IMG/VR virus record: IMGVR_UViG_3300038334_000128
Coordinates: 1-39,018 of that record
DNA: 39,018 nt
Origin: a virus
Lineage: Duplodnaviria; Caudoviricetes
Strand: one strand, 5' to 3'
Both the position numbers and the translations under genes were made by a program. Below the pieces are notes generated by a model that did not search any database, had not been told where the DNA came from, and worked only from the letters and a program-made list of their open reading frames with translations. Positions 1-9,308 of this stretch are shown in pieces; positions within the stretch are counted from its first letter, which is position 1, and every line of letters starts with the position of its first letter.

Positions 1-441
1 TTGAACTGCGAGAGCGAACAGGCTGCCGCTGGCGCTATGTTTGATGCATTTTGTAAGGAGGTCCTCCGTAACACGGTTTTTAATTACAAACGGAAGATCA
101 AGCGGCAGTCAAGTAGAGAAGTGATCACGCCTGATCCTGAACAATATATCTCTGCGCGGGATGCCGTCTTTGATGTATATGAAACGGATCATCTGGTTAT
201 CGAATTTGAGGGAAGTATATATCCGTTGGACAATGAAAAGCTTCATCAGTCGATGCTTACATTGCCGAAGAATCTGCTGGGTGTATTGTTGCTCAAGTTC
301 TGGCATGGCCAGAAAGACGCGATAATCGCGAGTCACTTTGGCGTTTCATCAAGAACGATTCGTCAATGGCGTAGTCTTGCGATCGCTGAAATTCGGAAGT
401 GGTATCAAGAAAAGGAGGTTGAATTTAGCGACACCTCGTGA
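1..441 (+). CDS. Sigma-70 region 4 HTH protein, Tn916 Orf7-like (start uncertain, may be ATG at 37)
   Basis: FDAFCKEVLRN N-terminus; C-terminal LLLKFWHGQKDAIIASHFGVSSRTIRQWR HTH. Confidence 0.75.
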   Translation: MNCESEQAAAGAMFDAFCKEVLRNTVFNYKRKIKRQSSREVITPDPEQYISARDAVFDVYETDHLVIEFEGSIYPLDNEKLHQSMLTLPKNLLGVLLLKFWHGQKDAIIASHFGVSSRTIRQWRSLAIAEIRKWYQEKEVEFSDTS

Positions 442-483
442 AATAAAAGAAGGGCTTCTTTCAAATCAGCCGATAGGAGAGAT

Positions 484-705
484 ATGATTCTAAGTTTCGA
501 GACAATTTGTGCCGCAGTAAAGGGAGATAAGGACGCAATAGAAGAAGTACTAAAGTACTACGATCCTTATATTGTTACGATGTGCACGTTCCAATCTAGG
601 GAAGAGGATGGATTCGAATACACGTACGTAGATCATGACGCTATCCAATTATTACAAAAACGACTCGCTGAACAAATTCCAAAATGGAAGGAAATCTGCA
701 AATGA
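484..705 (+). CDS. Small HTH protein, Tn916 Orf8-like (HTH_16 type)
   Basis: FETICAAVKGDKDAIEEVLKYYDPYI motif; AGGAG RBS; follows the Orf7-like gene. Confidence 0.75.
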   Translation: MILSFETICAAVKGDKDAIEEVLKYYDPYIVTMCTFQSREEDGFEYTYVDHDAIQLLQKRLAEQIPKWKEICK

Positions 706-1523
706 TACTTTTACCCGATCTGTTCGAATTCGCTTATGTGCCCAACTGGTTTGACCATCTGATCACGCTGGCTGAAATGGCAGTGCCGGAATCATGGCGA
801 TTTACCCATCCATTATTTACACCAAAGAACACTGACACACCGATCCTAGAAAAATATGTCAATTACGTTTTCAGGAAACAAATCATCGACTTTAACAATT
901 TCAATTACGCGTCCGATCCAGAATATGCGGACAGAATCTTTTACGTCAGAAATGAAAAAGCATGTTTTAACACAGGCCTCTACACAAAGAACTACAAGAG
1001 CATCTATGGATGCTTCACCCGAAATAAACGCAAAGACGCGATGCAAGACTGGTTTTTTCGCGGTTTCTTTGACGATGTCGCGTCCGATATGAAGTATGTG
1101 CAACCATTGCCGGATAAACCGGGATTGCTGCTGCCGATCACGGGCATGACGTACTTCCCCGTGTGGGACATTCGTGTCAATGTGAACCACATTCTGTGCG
1201 ATCCAGATAATTTCGCACGGCTTCCACTGGAAGTACAGCGCGTGAAGAACTTGTCGCTTCTGCTTGAAACCGCCGTCGAACTTGCGCGGCGCAAAGCGTC
1301 GTTTGAACCCGGTATCGTGGTGCCGCAGGGATATCAGGGCAAGGTGCAATTCTTGCTGCCGTTGTGTTTGCTGGATACCGAGCACACCGACCTTGCCATG
1401 ACGCTCACGCCCATGGACGGCTATTATCTAGGCCATACCTGCCTGACGCTGGAGATGGCTTATATGAACGCGCGGCTGATCGGCAGACCGGTCGCTCCCT
1501 GGCTTCTGGAACTCGTGACCTGA
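702..1523 (+). CDS. DUF3825-like protein of unknown function
   Basis: ATGA overlap with upstream stop; ACFNTGL, QFLLPLCL and TCLTLEMAYMNARLI motifs. Confidence 0.7.
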   Translation: MILLPDLFEFAYVPNWFDHLITLAEMAVPESWRFTHPLFTPKNTDTPILEKYVNYVFRKQIIDFNNFNYASDPEYADRIFYVRNEKACFNTGLYTKNYKSIYGCFTRNKRKDAMQDWFFRGFFDDVASDMKYVQPLPDKPGLLLPITGMTYFPVWDIRVNVNHILCDPDNFARLPLEVQRVKNLSLLLETAVELARRKASFEPGIVVPQGYQGKVQFLLPLCLLDTEHTDLAMTLTPMDGYYLGHTCLTLEMAYMNARLIGRPVAPWLLELVT

Positions 1524-1576
1524 TTTTTCCGGCTGCCGCCCTCAGGGGTTAAGGATATAGCACATTAAAACTAAAT

Positions 1577-1626
1577 AGGGCCTGGCGAGCGGCGCTTTTT
1601 GTGCCGTGCCGCCGGGTCCTTTTTTT
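1577..1626 (+). terminator. Intrinsic terminator/attenuator upstream of the sigma-like gene
   Basis: AGGGCCTGGCG...CGCCGGGTCCT stem with inner stem, followed by a T run (1620-1626). Confidence 0.7.
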
Positions 1627-1680
1627 CGTGCGCTCAAAAATGCGCCAATCGTCGGGCTCTGAACGAAAGGAGCCGGACAA

Positions 1681-2079
1681 ATGGAACTGGTCAATATTAA
1701 GTATCGCTTTGCTGACGGGCACATTGAGGAATTGGAGGTGGAGCAAGAGATCGCGGAGGCACTAAATGAACTAGATCGGAAGGAGTACAACAACACACAA
1801 AAGGAGACGCGACGCCACGTAACCTTTGACGTATCCGAGGAACTGTCGTGGTTGGCGGTTGATGATCAGAGATTAACCCGAGTGCTTGATGGTGCAACAG
1901 AGGAAACTCGGCTGCATACTGCAATATCCGAATTGAGCATCAGACAACAGACGCTGATTCGTGAATTGTTCTTTCATCGGAAAACACAGGCTGCAATCGC
2001 AGAACAGCTTGGAATTTCACAGCAGGCTGTGAGTGATCAGTTATCGACGATCATAAAAAAGTTGAAAAAACTTTTATGA
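1681..2079 (+). CDS. Sigma-70 region 4 (ECF-like) transcriptional regulator
   Basis: LSIRQQTLIRELFFHRKTQAAIAEQLGISQQAVS HTH; AAGGAG RBS. Confidence 0.85.
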   Translation: MELVNIKYRFADGHIEELEVEQEIAEALNELDRKEYNNTQKETRRHVTFDVSEELSWLAVDDQRLTRVLDGATEETRLHTAISELSIRQQTLIRELFFHRKTQAAIAEQLGISQQAVSDQLSTIIKKLKKLL

Positions 2080-2129
2080 GAATCCTTGTATTTTGCTTTT
2101 TTCGTGACCTACAGGTGAAGGGGCTATTT

Positions 2130-2280
2130 TTCGGAACCTTGACATCTGAATATCCGGTGGTTATGAGAAGCCCGTACAGTCGAGGATAACTTCCCAAAGT
2201 GCGGCCCGGCGGGATGCGGGGAGCAAAGAGCTGCGCGGCGAAGAGCCGATCATGACCACCGCCCATTCTCCGGGATAGAA
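2130..2280 (+). ncRNA. Candidate structured leader RNA of the replication operon
   Basis: 12-bp stem 2155-2166/2250-2261 enclosing internal stems; boxA-like AACCTTGACATCTGAATA at 2135-2152. Confidence 0.4.
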
Positions 2281-2329
2281 GCGTCAAATAGGAGAAACAT
2301 TTAAATCCGTACCCCTTCGGGAAGGGATC

Positions 2330-3775
2330 ATGGAAAACAAGAAATTACATATGCCCATCAGAGCGCGTCCGTATGATCACCAACGACGCGCTTTTTCGTT
2401 TGCCTGCCAGACTTTCGGGCTGGCCGGGCACGATCCTCCGACTAGCCGCGGAGTGGCACTGCTCATGGAAATGGGAACCGGCAAAAGCCTGACCGCGATC
2501 GCGATCGCCGGGCGACTGTTTCTCGAGAGTAAGGTCGAGAGAATGCTGATCGTCGCGCCATTGTCCATCCTAGGCGTTTGGCAGGAGGAGTTTTTAAAAT
2601 TCGCTGATTTCGAGTACTCGCTCGTCATATTGAATGGCGGCGAATCCAAGAAGATCGAGAAACTGCGACAAATGCCGACATCGGGCTTGCAGGTGGCGGT
2701 CATCAACTACGAATCCGCGTGGCGACTGGAAAAGGAACTCACGGCATGGGACGCTGACCTCATTGTGTGCGACGAAGGGCACAAGATCAAAACGCACAAT
2801 ATCGCAGCGAGTAAATGCATGCATCGGCTTGGCGCGAAGGCCCGGTACCGAATGCTGCTGACTGGGACGATCATCACGAACAAAGCGATCGACGTGTTCA
2901 GTCCGTACAAGTTCCTGAATCCAACGGTGTTCGGCAACAGCTTTTATGCTTTTCGCAACCGCTACTTCGACATGGTTGGGTATGGCAATCACACGCCAGT
3001 CCTTAAAGCAAACATGGCAGAGGAGCTTACGCGACGCATTCATAGCATCGCGTTTCGTGCGACGAAGGCCGAGTGCCTCGATCTGCCGGAAACGACGGAG
3101 ATTGTCCAGCGGGTCGAACTGGAGCAGCAGGCAAGGAAATTGTATCAACAGCTGGTTCGGGACAGTTACGTACAAATCAAGTGTGGCGAGATCACCACCG
3201 CGAACGTTCTAACCCGGTTGTTGCGACTCTCGCAACTGACTGGCGGCTTCCTGCGCGGCGACGAAACCGACCGCGTAGAACGCGTCAGTTCCGCGAAACT
3301 GGACGCGCTTTCGGACATCATCGACAGTGCGGCGCAGGAAGGCGGCAAGCTCGTGGTCATCGTACGGTTTCTGCCGGAGATTGACGCAATCACCGCCATG
3401 CTGGAACGGAAGTCGATCGGATACGCACTGATCACCGGCGCGGTGAAGGATCGCGATGAGCAGGTGCGTCGGTTTCAGGCGGATCCCGATGTGACCGTGT
3501 TCGTTGGCCAGATTGCGACGGCTGGGTTGGGCATCACGCTCACCGCCGCCGACAAGATGGTGTTCTACTCGCTGGATTACAGCATGTCGAACTTCGAGCA
3601 GGCGAAAGCACGCATCCACCGCGTCGGGCAAAGGAATCCCTGCACCTATATCTACCTCGTTACCGCCGGCACCGTAGACGAGAAAGTGCTCCAGGCGCTG
3701 CGCGATAAAGCCAATTTGGCCAGAGTCCTGATCGATGAGTACTGGACAGGCAAGAACCCTTTCGAGACACCCTGA
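2330..3775 (+). CDS. SNF2-family helicase
   Basis: MEMGTGKS Walker A, DEGH, LTGT and QAKARIHRVGQ motif VI. Confidence 0.93.
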   Translation: MENKKLHMPIRARPYDHQRRAFSFACQTFGLAGHDPPTSRGVALLMEMGTGKSLTAIAIAGRLFLESKVERMLIVAPLSILGVWQEEFLKFADFEYSLVILNGGESKKIEKLRQMPTSGLQVAVINYESAWRLEKELTAWDADLIVCDEGHKIKTHNIAASKCMHRLGAKARYRMLLTGTIITNKAIDVFSPYKFLNPTVFGNSFYAFRNRYFDMVGYGNHTPVLKANMAEELTRRIHSIAFRATKAECLDLPETTEIVQRVELEQQARKLYQQLVRDSYVQIKCGEITTANVLTRLLRLSQLTGGFLRGDETDRVERVSSAKLDALSDIIDSAAQEGGKLVVIVRFLPEIDAITAMLERKSIGYALITGAVKDRDEQVRRFQADPDVTVFVGQIATAGLGITLTAADKMVFYSLDYSMSNFEQAKARIHRVGQRNPCTYIYLVTAGTVDEKVLQALRDKANLARVLIDEYWTGKNPFETP

Positions 3776-3786
3776 AAGGAGTACAT

Positions 3787-4203
3787 ATGGAATCAAAAGA
3801 ACTGTTCGCGTTAGCGGATGAGCTGCGCGCATTGAAGGAAGCGAAGAAATACGCGGAGCAAGAGCTCAAAGAGATCACGGAAGAGATGGACCGCGTGGAT
3901 GCCGATCTTGTCCAACGCATGGCGGAAACCGAAACGCAAAATTTCACCCGCAATGGAACAATGTTCTGCTTGACCAACACGACGCGCGCTTCGGCGACCG
4001 CAGGACGTAAGGATGAACTGTTCGAGGCGCTGCGCGCGGCGGGGTATGACGATCTCATCTACGAGACCATCAACGCTAACTCGCTTTCGGCGTTCGTGAA
4101 GGAACAGACCATGGAGAACGGTGATATTCTGCCGCAATGGTTGGATGGACTCGTGACCGTATTTGAAAAGACAACTGTGGGCGTGCGCAAAGCCGCCCGA
4201 TAA
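3787..4203 (+). CDS. Hypothetical phage replication-module protein with N-terminal coiled coil
   Basis: AAGGAG RBS; operon position. Confidence 0.75.
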   Translation: MESKELFALADELRALKEAKKYAEQELKEITEEMDRVDADLVQRMAETETQNFTRNGTMFCLTNTTRASATAGRKDELFEALRAAGYDDLIYETINANSLSAFVKEQTMENGDILPQWLDGLVTVFEKTTVGVRKAAR

Positions 4204-4223
4204 AGAGAAAGGAAAACGACAAT

Positions 4224-4982
4224 ATGACACAAGAAACAGGAATCGTAACAACCAACAGCGCGTTTGAGGAACTCGCAAACTTCAACCTGACCGAAGCGAT
4301 GTCGCAGGAACTTGAGGGGCTGAGCCTCTCGTTTGAGCGCATCAAGATCCCTTCTGCCGGGAGTACGGTGTTTGAACTACCGTCGGTGGATGGCGGCGAA
4401 CTGGAAACGGTGAAGGAGTTCACGGGCGTGATTCTGTATCACCATCCGCTGTTTGCGTATTACCGGGATAAATACGCGGGCGGCAACGAACCGCCCGACT
4501 GCGGCAGTTTCGATGGTATAACTGGGGAGGGCAATCCCGGCGGTGCATGCGCGAAGTGCCGTTACAACCAATTCGGCTCGGGCGAAGGTGGTGGCAAGGC
4601 GTGTAAGAATCGCCGTCGCATCTATATTCTGCGCGAGGGTGAGGTGTTTCCGGTTCTGCTTTCGCTGCCGACCGGCTCACTCAAGGAGTTCACGCGATAC
4701 ATCCAGCGACTCTTGAGCCGCGGCAAGAAATCGCTTGCCGTGGTTACCCGGTTCTCGCTCAAGAAAGCGGTTAACACGGGTGGTATCGCGTATTCTCAGG
4801 CGCAGTTCAACGCCGAACGCGTGTTGACCGAAACAGAGCTGACGGCGGTATCGAACCTCGCGGCGCAGGTGAAGGAAAATGCGAAACACGTCGGCGGGTA
4901 TTCCGTCGATCTGGATGAGTTCGTCGAAGTGCCGACGCCGTTTGATCCCGTAACGGGTGAGATTGTGGAATCTCAGAACTAA
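4224..4982 (+). CDS. Phage protein, putative ssDNA-binding protein with four Cys and an acidic tail
   Basis: PDC...CAKC...KACKN; acidic C-terminus DLDEFVEVPTPFDPVTGE; lies between helicase and primase genes. Confidence 0.6.
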   Translation: MTQETGIVTTNSAFEELANFNLTEAMSQELEGLSLSFERIKIPSAGSTVFELPSVDGGELETVKEFTGVILYHHPLFAYYRDKYAGGNEPPDCGSFDGITGEGNPGGACAKCRYNQFGSGEGGGKACKNRRRIYILREGEVFPVLLSLPTGSLKEFTRYIQRLLSRGKKSLAVVTRFSLKKAVNTGGIAYSQAQFNAERVLTETELTAVSNLAAQVKENAKHVGGYSVDLDEFVEVPTPFDPVTGEIVESQN

Positions 4983-4993
4983 GTGACCGGATG

Positions 4994-5020
4994 AAGGGGC
5001 GGCGCAAGCCGCTCCTTTGT
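4994..5020 (+). terminator. Weak terminator-like hairpin
   Basis: AAGGGGCGGC-GCAA-GCCGCTCCTT followed by a short T tract. Confidence 0.45.
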
Positions 5021-5042
5021 ACAGATTTGAAAGGAATCGCAT

Positions 5043-5837
5043 ATGAATGAATTACAGCTTTTCACAAATACAGAATTCGGTCCGGTGCGCACGCTTGAAG
5101 AAAACGGCCAAATTCTATTCTGCGCAAAGGACGTTGCTGTCAATCTTGGATACGGTAATGTAGCGGATGCAACTCAGAAGCATTGTAAGGGTATCGCGAA
5201 ACGCGACACCCTTACAAACGGTGGGGTGCAGTCGATGACCTTCATTCCCGAATCCGATGTTTACCGACTGATCATGCGCAGCAAACTGCCCGCAGCAGAA
5301 CGGTTCGAACGTTGGGTTGTTGAGGAGATTCTTCCGACAATTCGCAAGCATGGGATATACGCAACTGGCGAAACATTGGAAGCTCTGGTTCGCGATCCTC
5401 AGTTTGGAATCCGTCTGCTGTCAGAGCTTCAGGCTGAACGTGAACAACGCAATCAAATCGAACAGCAGAGCGAGCATCATAAGCAGATCATCAGCGAGCT
5501 CGAACCAAAGGCGCGTTATTGCGATTTGGTGCTGAAGAGTAAGACCTTGGTGCCCGTCAGCATGATCGCGAAAGACTACGGTCTTTCCGCGATCAAATTC
5601 AACTTGCTGCTGCACGAGCTCGGCGTTCAATATCGCATGGCAGAGACGTGGCTGCTGTACCAGAAGTACGCTGATCAGGGGTATGCGCATTCGCAGACGC
5701 ATGTATTGGACAATGGCACTACGATTGTCTCCACCTGCTGGACCCAGAAAGGGAGGTTATTCCTGTACCAGCTGCTGAAAGAGCAAGCGGGGGTGCTTCC
5801 CGTGATCGAGAGGGAGTACGGCATATGCGAAAGGTAA
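5043..5837 (+). CDS. Phage antirepressor, BRO-N plus KilAC (ANT) domains
   Basis: FCAKDVA...IPESDVYRLIMRSKLPAAERFERWVVEEILPTIRKHG; C-terminal IAKDYG...WTQKGRLFLY. Confidence 0.92.
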   Translation: MNELQLFTNTEFGPVRTLEENGQILFCAKDVAVNLGYGNVADATQKHCKGIAKRDTLTNGGVQSMTFIPESDVYRLIMRSKLPAAERFERWVVEEILPTIRKHGIYATGETLEALVRDPQFGIRLLSELQAEREQRNQIEQQSEHHKQIISELEPKARYCDLVLKSKTLVPVSMIAKDYGLSAIKFNLLLHELGVQYRMAETWLLYQKYADQGYAHSQTHVLDNGTTIVSTCWTQKGRLFLYQLLKEQAGVLPVIEREYGICER

Positions 5838-6259
5838 TCGAACGCATAGACGCCCCTTTGCCCCAGAGCGTCCTTATGCAGCGAAAACTGACGGCTTTGT
5901 TCGGAGATAAAGACCTTCCGGTTCGGAAGGTCTTTGTGTGTTCCCCATATGCCGGATGTGTAAAGGAAAACGTTCATAACGCTCGGATGTATTCACGCTT
6001 CGTCTTTCTTTGCGGATGCATGCCTATCACACCGCATCTCATGTATCCTCGCTTTCTGGAGGATAAAGATATCAAGGAGCGAGATGCCGGGATTCAGATG
6101 GGGCTGATTCTTCTGGATTTCTGTAATGAGATATGGGTATTCGGGCAACGAATCAGCAACGGCATGCGTCGCGAGATTGCGTATGCGGAAGCGCGCGACA
6201 TCTTGGTGCGATACTTCTCCGATACCTGTCAGGAGGTGATCAAGCGTGTCAGAGCATGA
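5825..6259 (+). CDS. DUF4406-like / nucleoside deoxyribosyltransferase-fold phage protein (start uncertain)
   Basis: VFVCSPYAG...PITPHL...CNEIWVFG..ISNGMRREI. Confidence 0.7.
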   Translation: MRKVIERIDAPLPQSVLMQRKLTALFGDKDLPVRKVFVCSPYAGCVKENVHNARMYSRFVFLCGCMPITPHLMYPRFLEDKDIKERDAGIQMGLILLDFCNEIWVFGQRISNGMRREIAYAEARDILVRYFSDTCQEVIKRVRA

Positions 6260-8837
6260 CGTGTTCCCGCAAGAACTCGCCGAGCGGCGACAGTGGATCT
6301 GTTGGCGGCTGGAACCGAGCAGTAAGGGCGACCGACCGAACAAAACGCCCTACTCTCCGCACGCGAATCGCCGCGCTTCGTCCATCGACCCGAGCACATG
6401 GGGGACGCTGGCGGAAGTGAGGGCGGCGCGCGAACGGTATGGATACACCGGCCTTGGGTTCGTATTTACGAATGATGACGATTTCGTCGGCGTGGATATC
6501 GACCATTGCAGGAATAAGGAGACCGGCGCGTTGAACGAGACAGCCGCTATGATCGTCGACAAGGCATCGACGTATACGGAAATCAGTCCATCGGGCGAAG
6601 GGTTGCACCTTTTCTTTCACGGAAAAATACCTGATGGCGGGAATAAGAATAGCGCTACGGGCGTTGAGATGTACGCATTCGGGCGTTATTTCACCATGAC
6701 TGGAAACCGGCTCATAGATTTGCCTCTGGAGGTGCGACGGGATGAAGGCGTTCTTGCTTGGATTCACGCAGTGTATGTCAAAATGCCAAAGCAGGACAAA
6801 CCAACGTCGGAACGGAAGGCGCCGAAAGAGCGAAAACAGAGAAAACAGAAAGCGTCTGCAGCACCGTTATCCGACGAGGTGGTGCTGGAACGCGCGCTCG
6901 CGGTAGATAAGGAAGAGCGATTCTCAAAACTCTGGTCGGGACAATGGGAGAAGCAATACGCCAGTCAGTCCGAAGCGGATATGGCACTGTGCTGCAAGCT
7001 TGCGTTCTGGACGGGGAAGAACCGTGATCAGATGGATCGTCTGTTCCGACAAAGCAAGCTGTATCGGGAGAAGTGGGACGAGCGCCACCATGCCAACGGC
7101 GCGACCTACGGCGAGGAGACGATTGGGAAAGCAGTCGATTTAGTAGAGGATTCCTATAGCCCAGCCGCAGCTGCTCCGGTGTTCGAGTTTGAAGGCAGGT
7201 ATTATCGCGCGAAGGGCGATGCCGTGACTCCGCTGACTAACTTCGTTGTGAAGCCTGTCGAAATGGTCGAATCCGACGAGGAAACCCAGCTCACTGCGGA
7301 TTTGGTTACGGTGCGCAACGAAACATTCCGTCACTCGTTCCTGACAACCGATTTCACGAACTTGCAGCGTTTCAAATCCGCGCTGAACAAACGCACGATC
7401 GCGCTGAGTTATACAGGCTCGGAGGGCGATTTGGAGTTGTTGAAGGCGTTCTTGTATGAGTTGGAGTGGAATCGAAAGAAAGGCGTGAAGACTTCCGGCT
7501 TGTATCGGCACGATAACCGCTGGGTATTTGTATGCGGGGATCAAGCGGCAGATGGAGAAGAAAACCCGGTCGATGGGTTGCAGCAGTTCGAGCAGTACCG
7601 ACAGAGCGGGCCGAGCATGCTGGATGTTCAACCGATCAGCGCGGAACAATTCATGGTACTCGGATCTTTGATCTTTAGTTACAACGAACCTGCCAAGACG
7701 GTCTCGGTGCTGGCGTGGTGCGCTGGATGCTTTCTCAAAGAACATTTCAAGAGTCGGAAAATCAAATATCCGCATCTGTTCCTGATCGGCGAGGCGGGGA
7801 GCGGGAAGAGCAACACGCTTGAGCGGATCATATTGCCGATCTTTTCCAAAGCGCGCATCGCCGCCGCGTCGCAGGTTACGAAGTTTACGCTCATGAAGGA
7901 GTCTGTCGCTTCAAACCTGATCCCGCAGGCATTGGATGAGTTCAAACCTTCCAAGATCGATCGATCGACGCTCAATGTGCTTCTGAACCACATGCGAAAC
8001 GCATATGACGGCACAGATGGGGAGCGAGGCCGCGCGGATCAGACGACGACGAGATATACCCTTTGTGCTCCGCTCGTGGTTGCGGGTGAGGAATCTCCGG
8101 CCGAAGCTTCGATCCGGGAACGCAGCATGGAACTGCTTTTCTCGAAGAAGGACCTCAAGCCGGATAAACATAGAAGGTCGTTTTCAAAATTGAGCGCAAT
8201 AGCGGATGTTTTATCGGGGTTCGGGCGTGCGGTTTTAAATGTCGCTTTGCGCACCACCGTCGAGTGCGCTGAAACATGGTATCGCACCGCGATGGACGAG
8301 ATCGACTCGGAGCTTCCGTCGCGGGTACGGAATAACATCGCGTGCTGCGTAGCAGGGTTGAACTTATTGGAAACACTCTGCGGATCGTATGGGTTAACTT
8401 GGGATCGGGTGTTCGAAATCCCAATAAAGCATTGTCAGAAGTACCTTGAGTATGGCGCAAAGGAATACCTTCTCGACGGCGGAAGCGCGAACAAAGGCAT
8501 CATAGAGCAGACGCTTGAGGGAATGGCGCGTATGGGACTGTACGCAAATGAGTGGGCGATCATGGAGAATCTGGATCATGTGGCGATCTACTTCAAGCTC
8601 TGCTACGACCGATACACGCAATACCGCCGCGATCACGCCATAGTCGGTGAGTGTCTGGAATACGCGCAGTTTCTGAAGCAACTAAGACAATCCGATCTGT
8701 TTGTTGCATATAAGCCGGTGCGAATCAGCGGGATGCTCAAACGGGCGTATGTGCTCGATTATGAAGAGATTCAGAAACGGTGCGACATCACAAGCTTTGA
8801 TCCCACCACTCCCGAGCCAATCAGTCCCTGGGAATAA
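6246..8837 (+). CDS. Primase-polymerase (NrS-1-like) fused to a C-terminal helicase
   Basis: GVDID, EISPSGEGLH, helical bundle SQSEADMALCCKLAFW, Walker A GEAGSGKS; GTG start after AGGAGGTG. Confidence 0.88.
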   Translation: MSEHDVFPQELAERRQWICWRLEPSSKGDRPNKTPYSPHANRRASSIDPSTWGTLAEVRAARERYGYTGLGFVFTNDDDFVGVDIDHCRNKETGALNETAAMIVDKASTYTEISPSGEGLHLFFHGKIPDGGNKNSATGVEMYAFGRYFTMTGNRLIDLPLEVRRDEGVLAWIHAVYVKMPKQDKPTSERKAPKERKQRKQKASAAPLSDEVVLERALAVDKEERFSKLWSGQWEKQYASQSEADMALCCKLAFWTGKNRDQMDRLFRQSKLYREKWDERHHANGATYGEETIGKAVDLVEDSYSPAAAAPVFEFEGRYYRAKGDAVTPLTNFVVKPVEMVESDEETQLTADLVTVRNETFRHSFLTTDFTNLQRFKSALNKRTIALSYTGSEGDLELLKAFLYELEWNRKKGVKTSGLYRHDNRWVFVCGDQAADGEENPVDGLQQFEQYRQSGPSMLDVQPISAEQFMVLGSLIFSYNEPAKTVSVLAWCAGCFLKEHFKSRKIKYPHLFLIGEAGSGKSNTLERIILPIFSKARIAAASQVTKFTLMKESVASNLIPQALDEFKPSKIDRSTLNVLLNHMRNAYDGTDGERGRADQTTTRYTLCAPLVVAGEESPAEASIRERSMELLFSKKDLKPDKHRRSFSKLSAIADVLSGFGRAVLNVALRTTVECAETWYRTAMDEIDSELPSRVRNNIACCVAGLNLLETLCGSYGLTWDRVFEIPIKHCQKYLEYGAKEYLLDGGSANKGIIEQTLEGMARMGLYANEWAIMENLDHVAIYFKLCYDRYTQYRRDHAIVGECLEYAQFLKQLRQSDLFVAYKPVRISGMLKRAYVLDYEEIQKRCDITSFDPTTPEPISPWE

Positions 8838-8845
8838 GTTTTTAT

Positions 8846-8986
8846 GTTACTTGTTACTAAGTTACCTTCTTATTTAGAGCTACACGGAAAACAAGTTAAT
8901 TTCTTTCTCGCGTGCGCGCGCATGTGCGCGTATGCGCGTGTATAGTTCCAGCCCTAGATGGGAAGGAGTAACACGTAACAGGTAAC
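8846..8986. repeat. Candidate replication origin: three GTTAC and three inverted GTAAC repeats flanking an alternating purine-pyrimidine tract
   Basis: GTTAC at 8846, 8853, 8861; GTAAC at 8968, 8975, 8982; 36-nt alternating tract 8909-8944. Confidence 0.6.
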
Positions 8987-8999
8987 AGGAAGGAATGGA

Positions 9000-9293
9000 A
9001 TGCTGGAAAAAGATATCACCGCAGCGATCATGCGGTTCTTAAGGGTGGTTCCGCGCTGCTTTGCGTGGAAAGAACATGGCGGGATGTATGGGACGGCGGG
9101 TATCCCCGATGTGATCTGCTGTCTGGACGGCCGATTCTTCGCCTTCGAGGTGAAGGCACCGTACGGCAGCGTGACTAAGCTGCAGGAGCGCACGATTCAC
9201 AAGATCAAGGTCGCCGGAGGCCACGCGTTTGTGGTTCGTTCGGTGGACGATGTGAAAGCCGTGCTGTGGGCATATGCGGGAATTGACATTTGA
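9000..9293 (+). CDS. VRR-NUC domain nuclease
   Basis: EKDI...GIPD...FEVK...LQ PD-(D/E)xK pattern. Confidence 0.9.
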   Translation: MLEKDITAAIMRFLRVVPRCFAWKEHGGMYGTAGIPDVICCLDGRFFAFEVKAPYGSVTKLQERTIHKIKVAGGHAFVVRSVDDVKAVLWAYAGIDI

Positions 9294-9308
9294 CTAAGGA
9301 GGGTTCAG

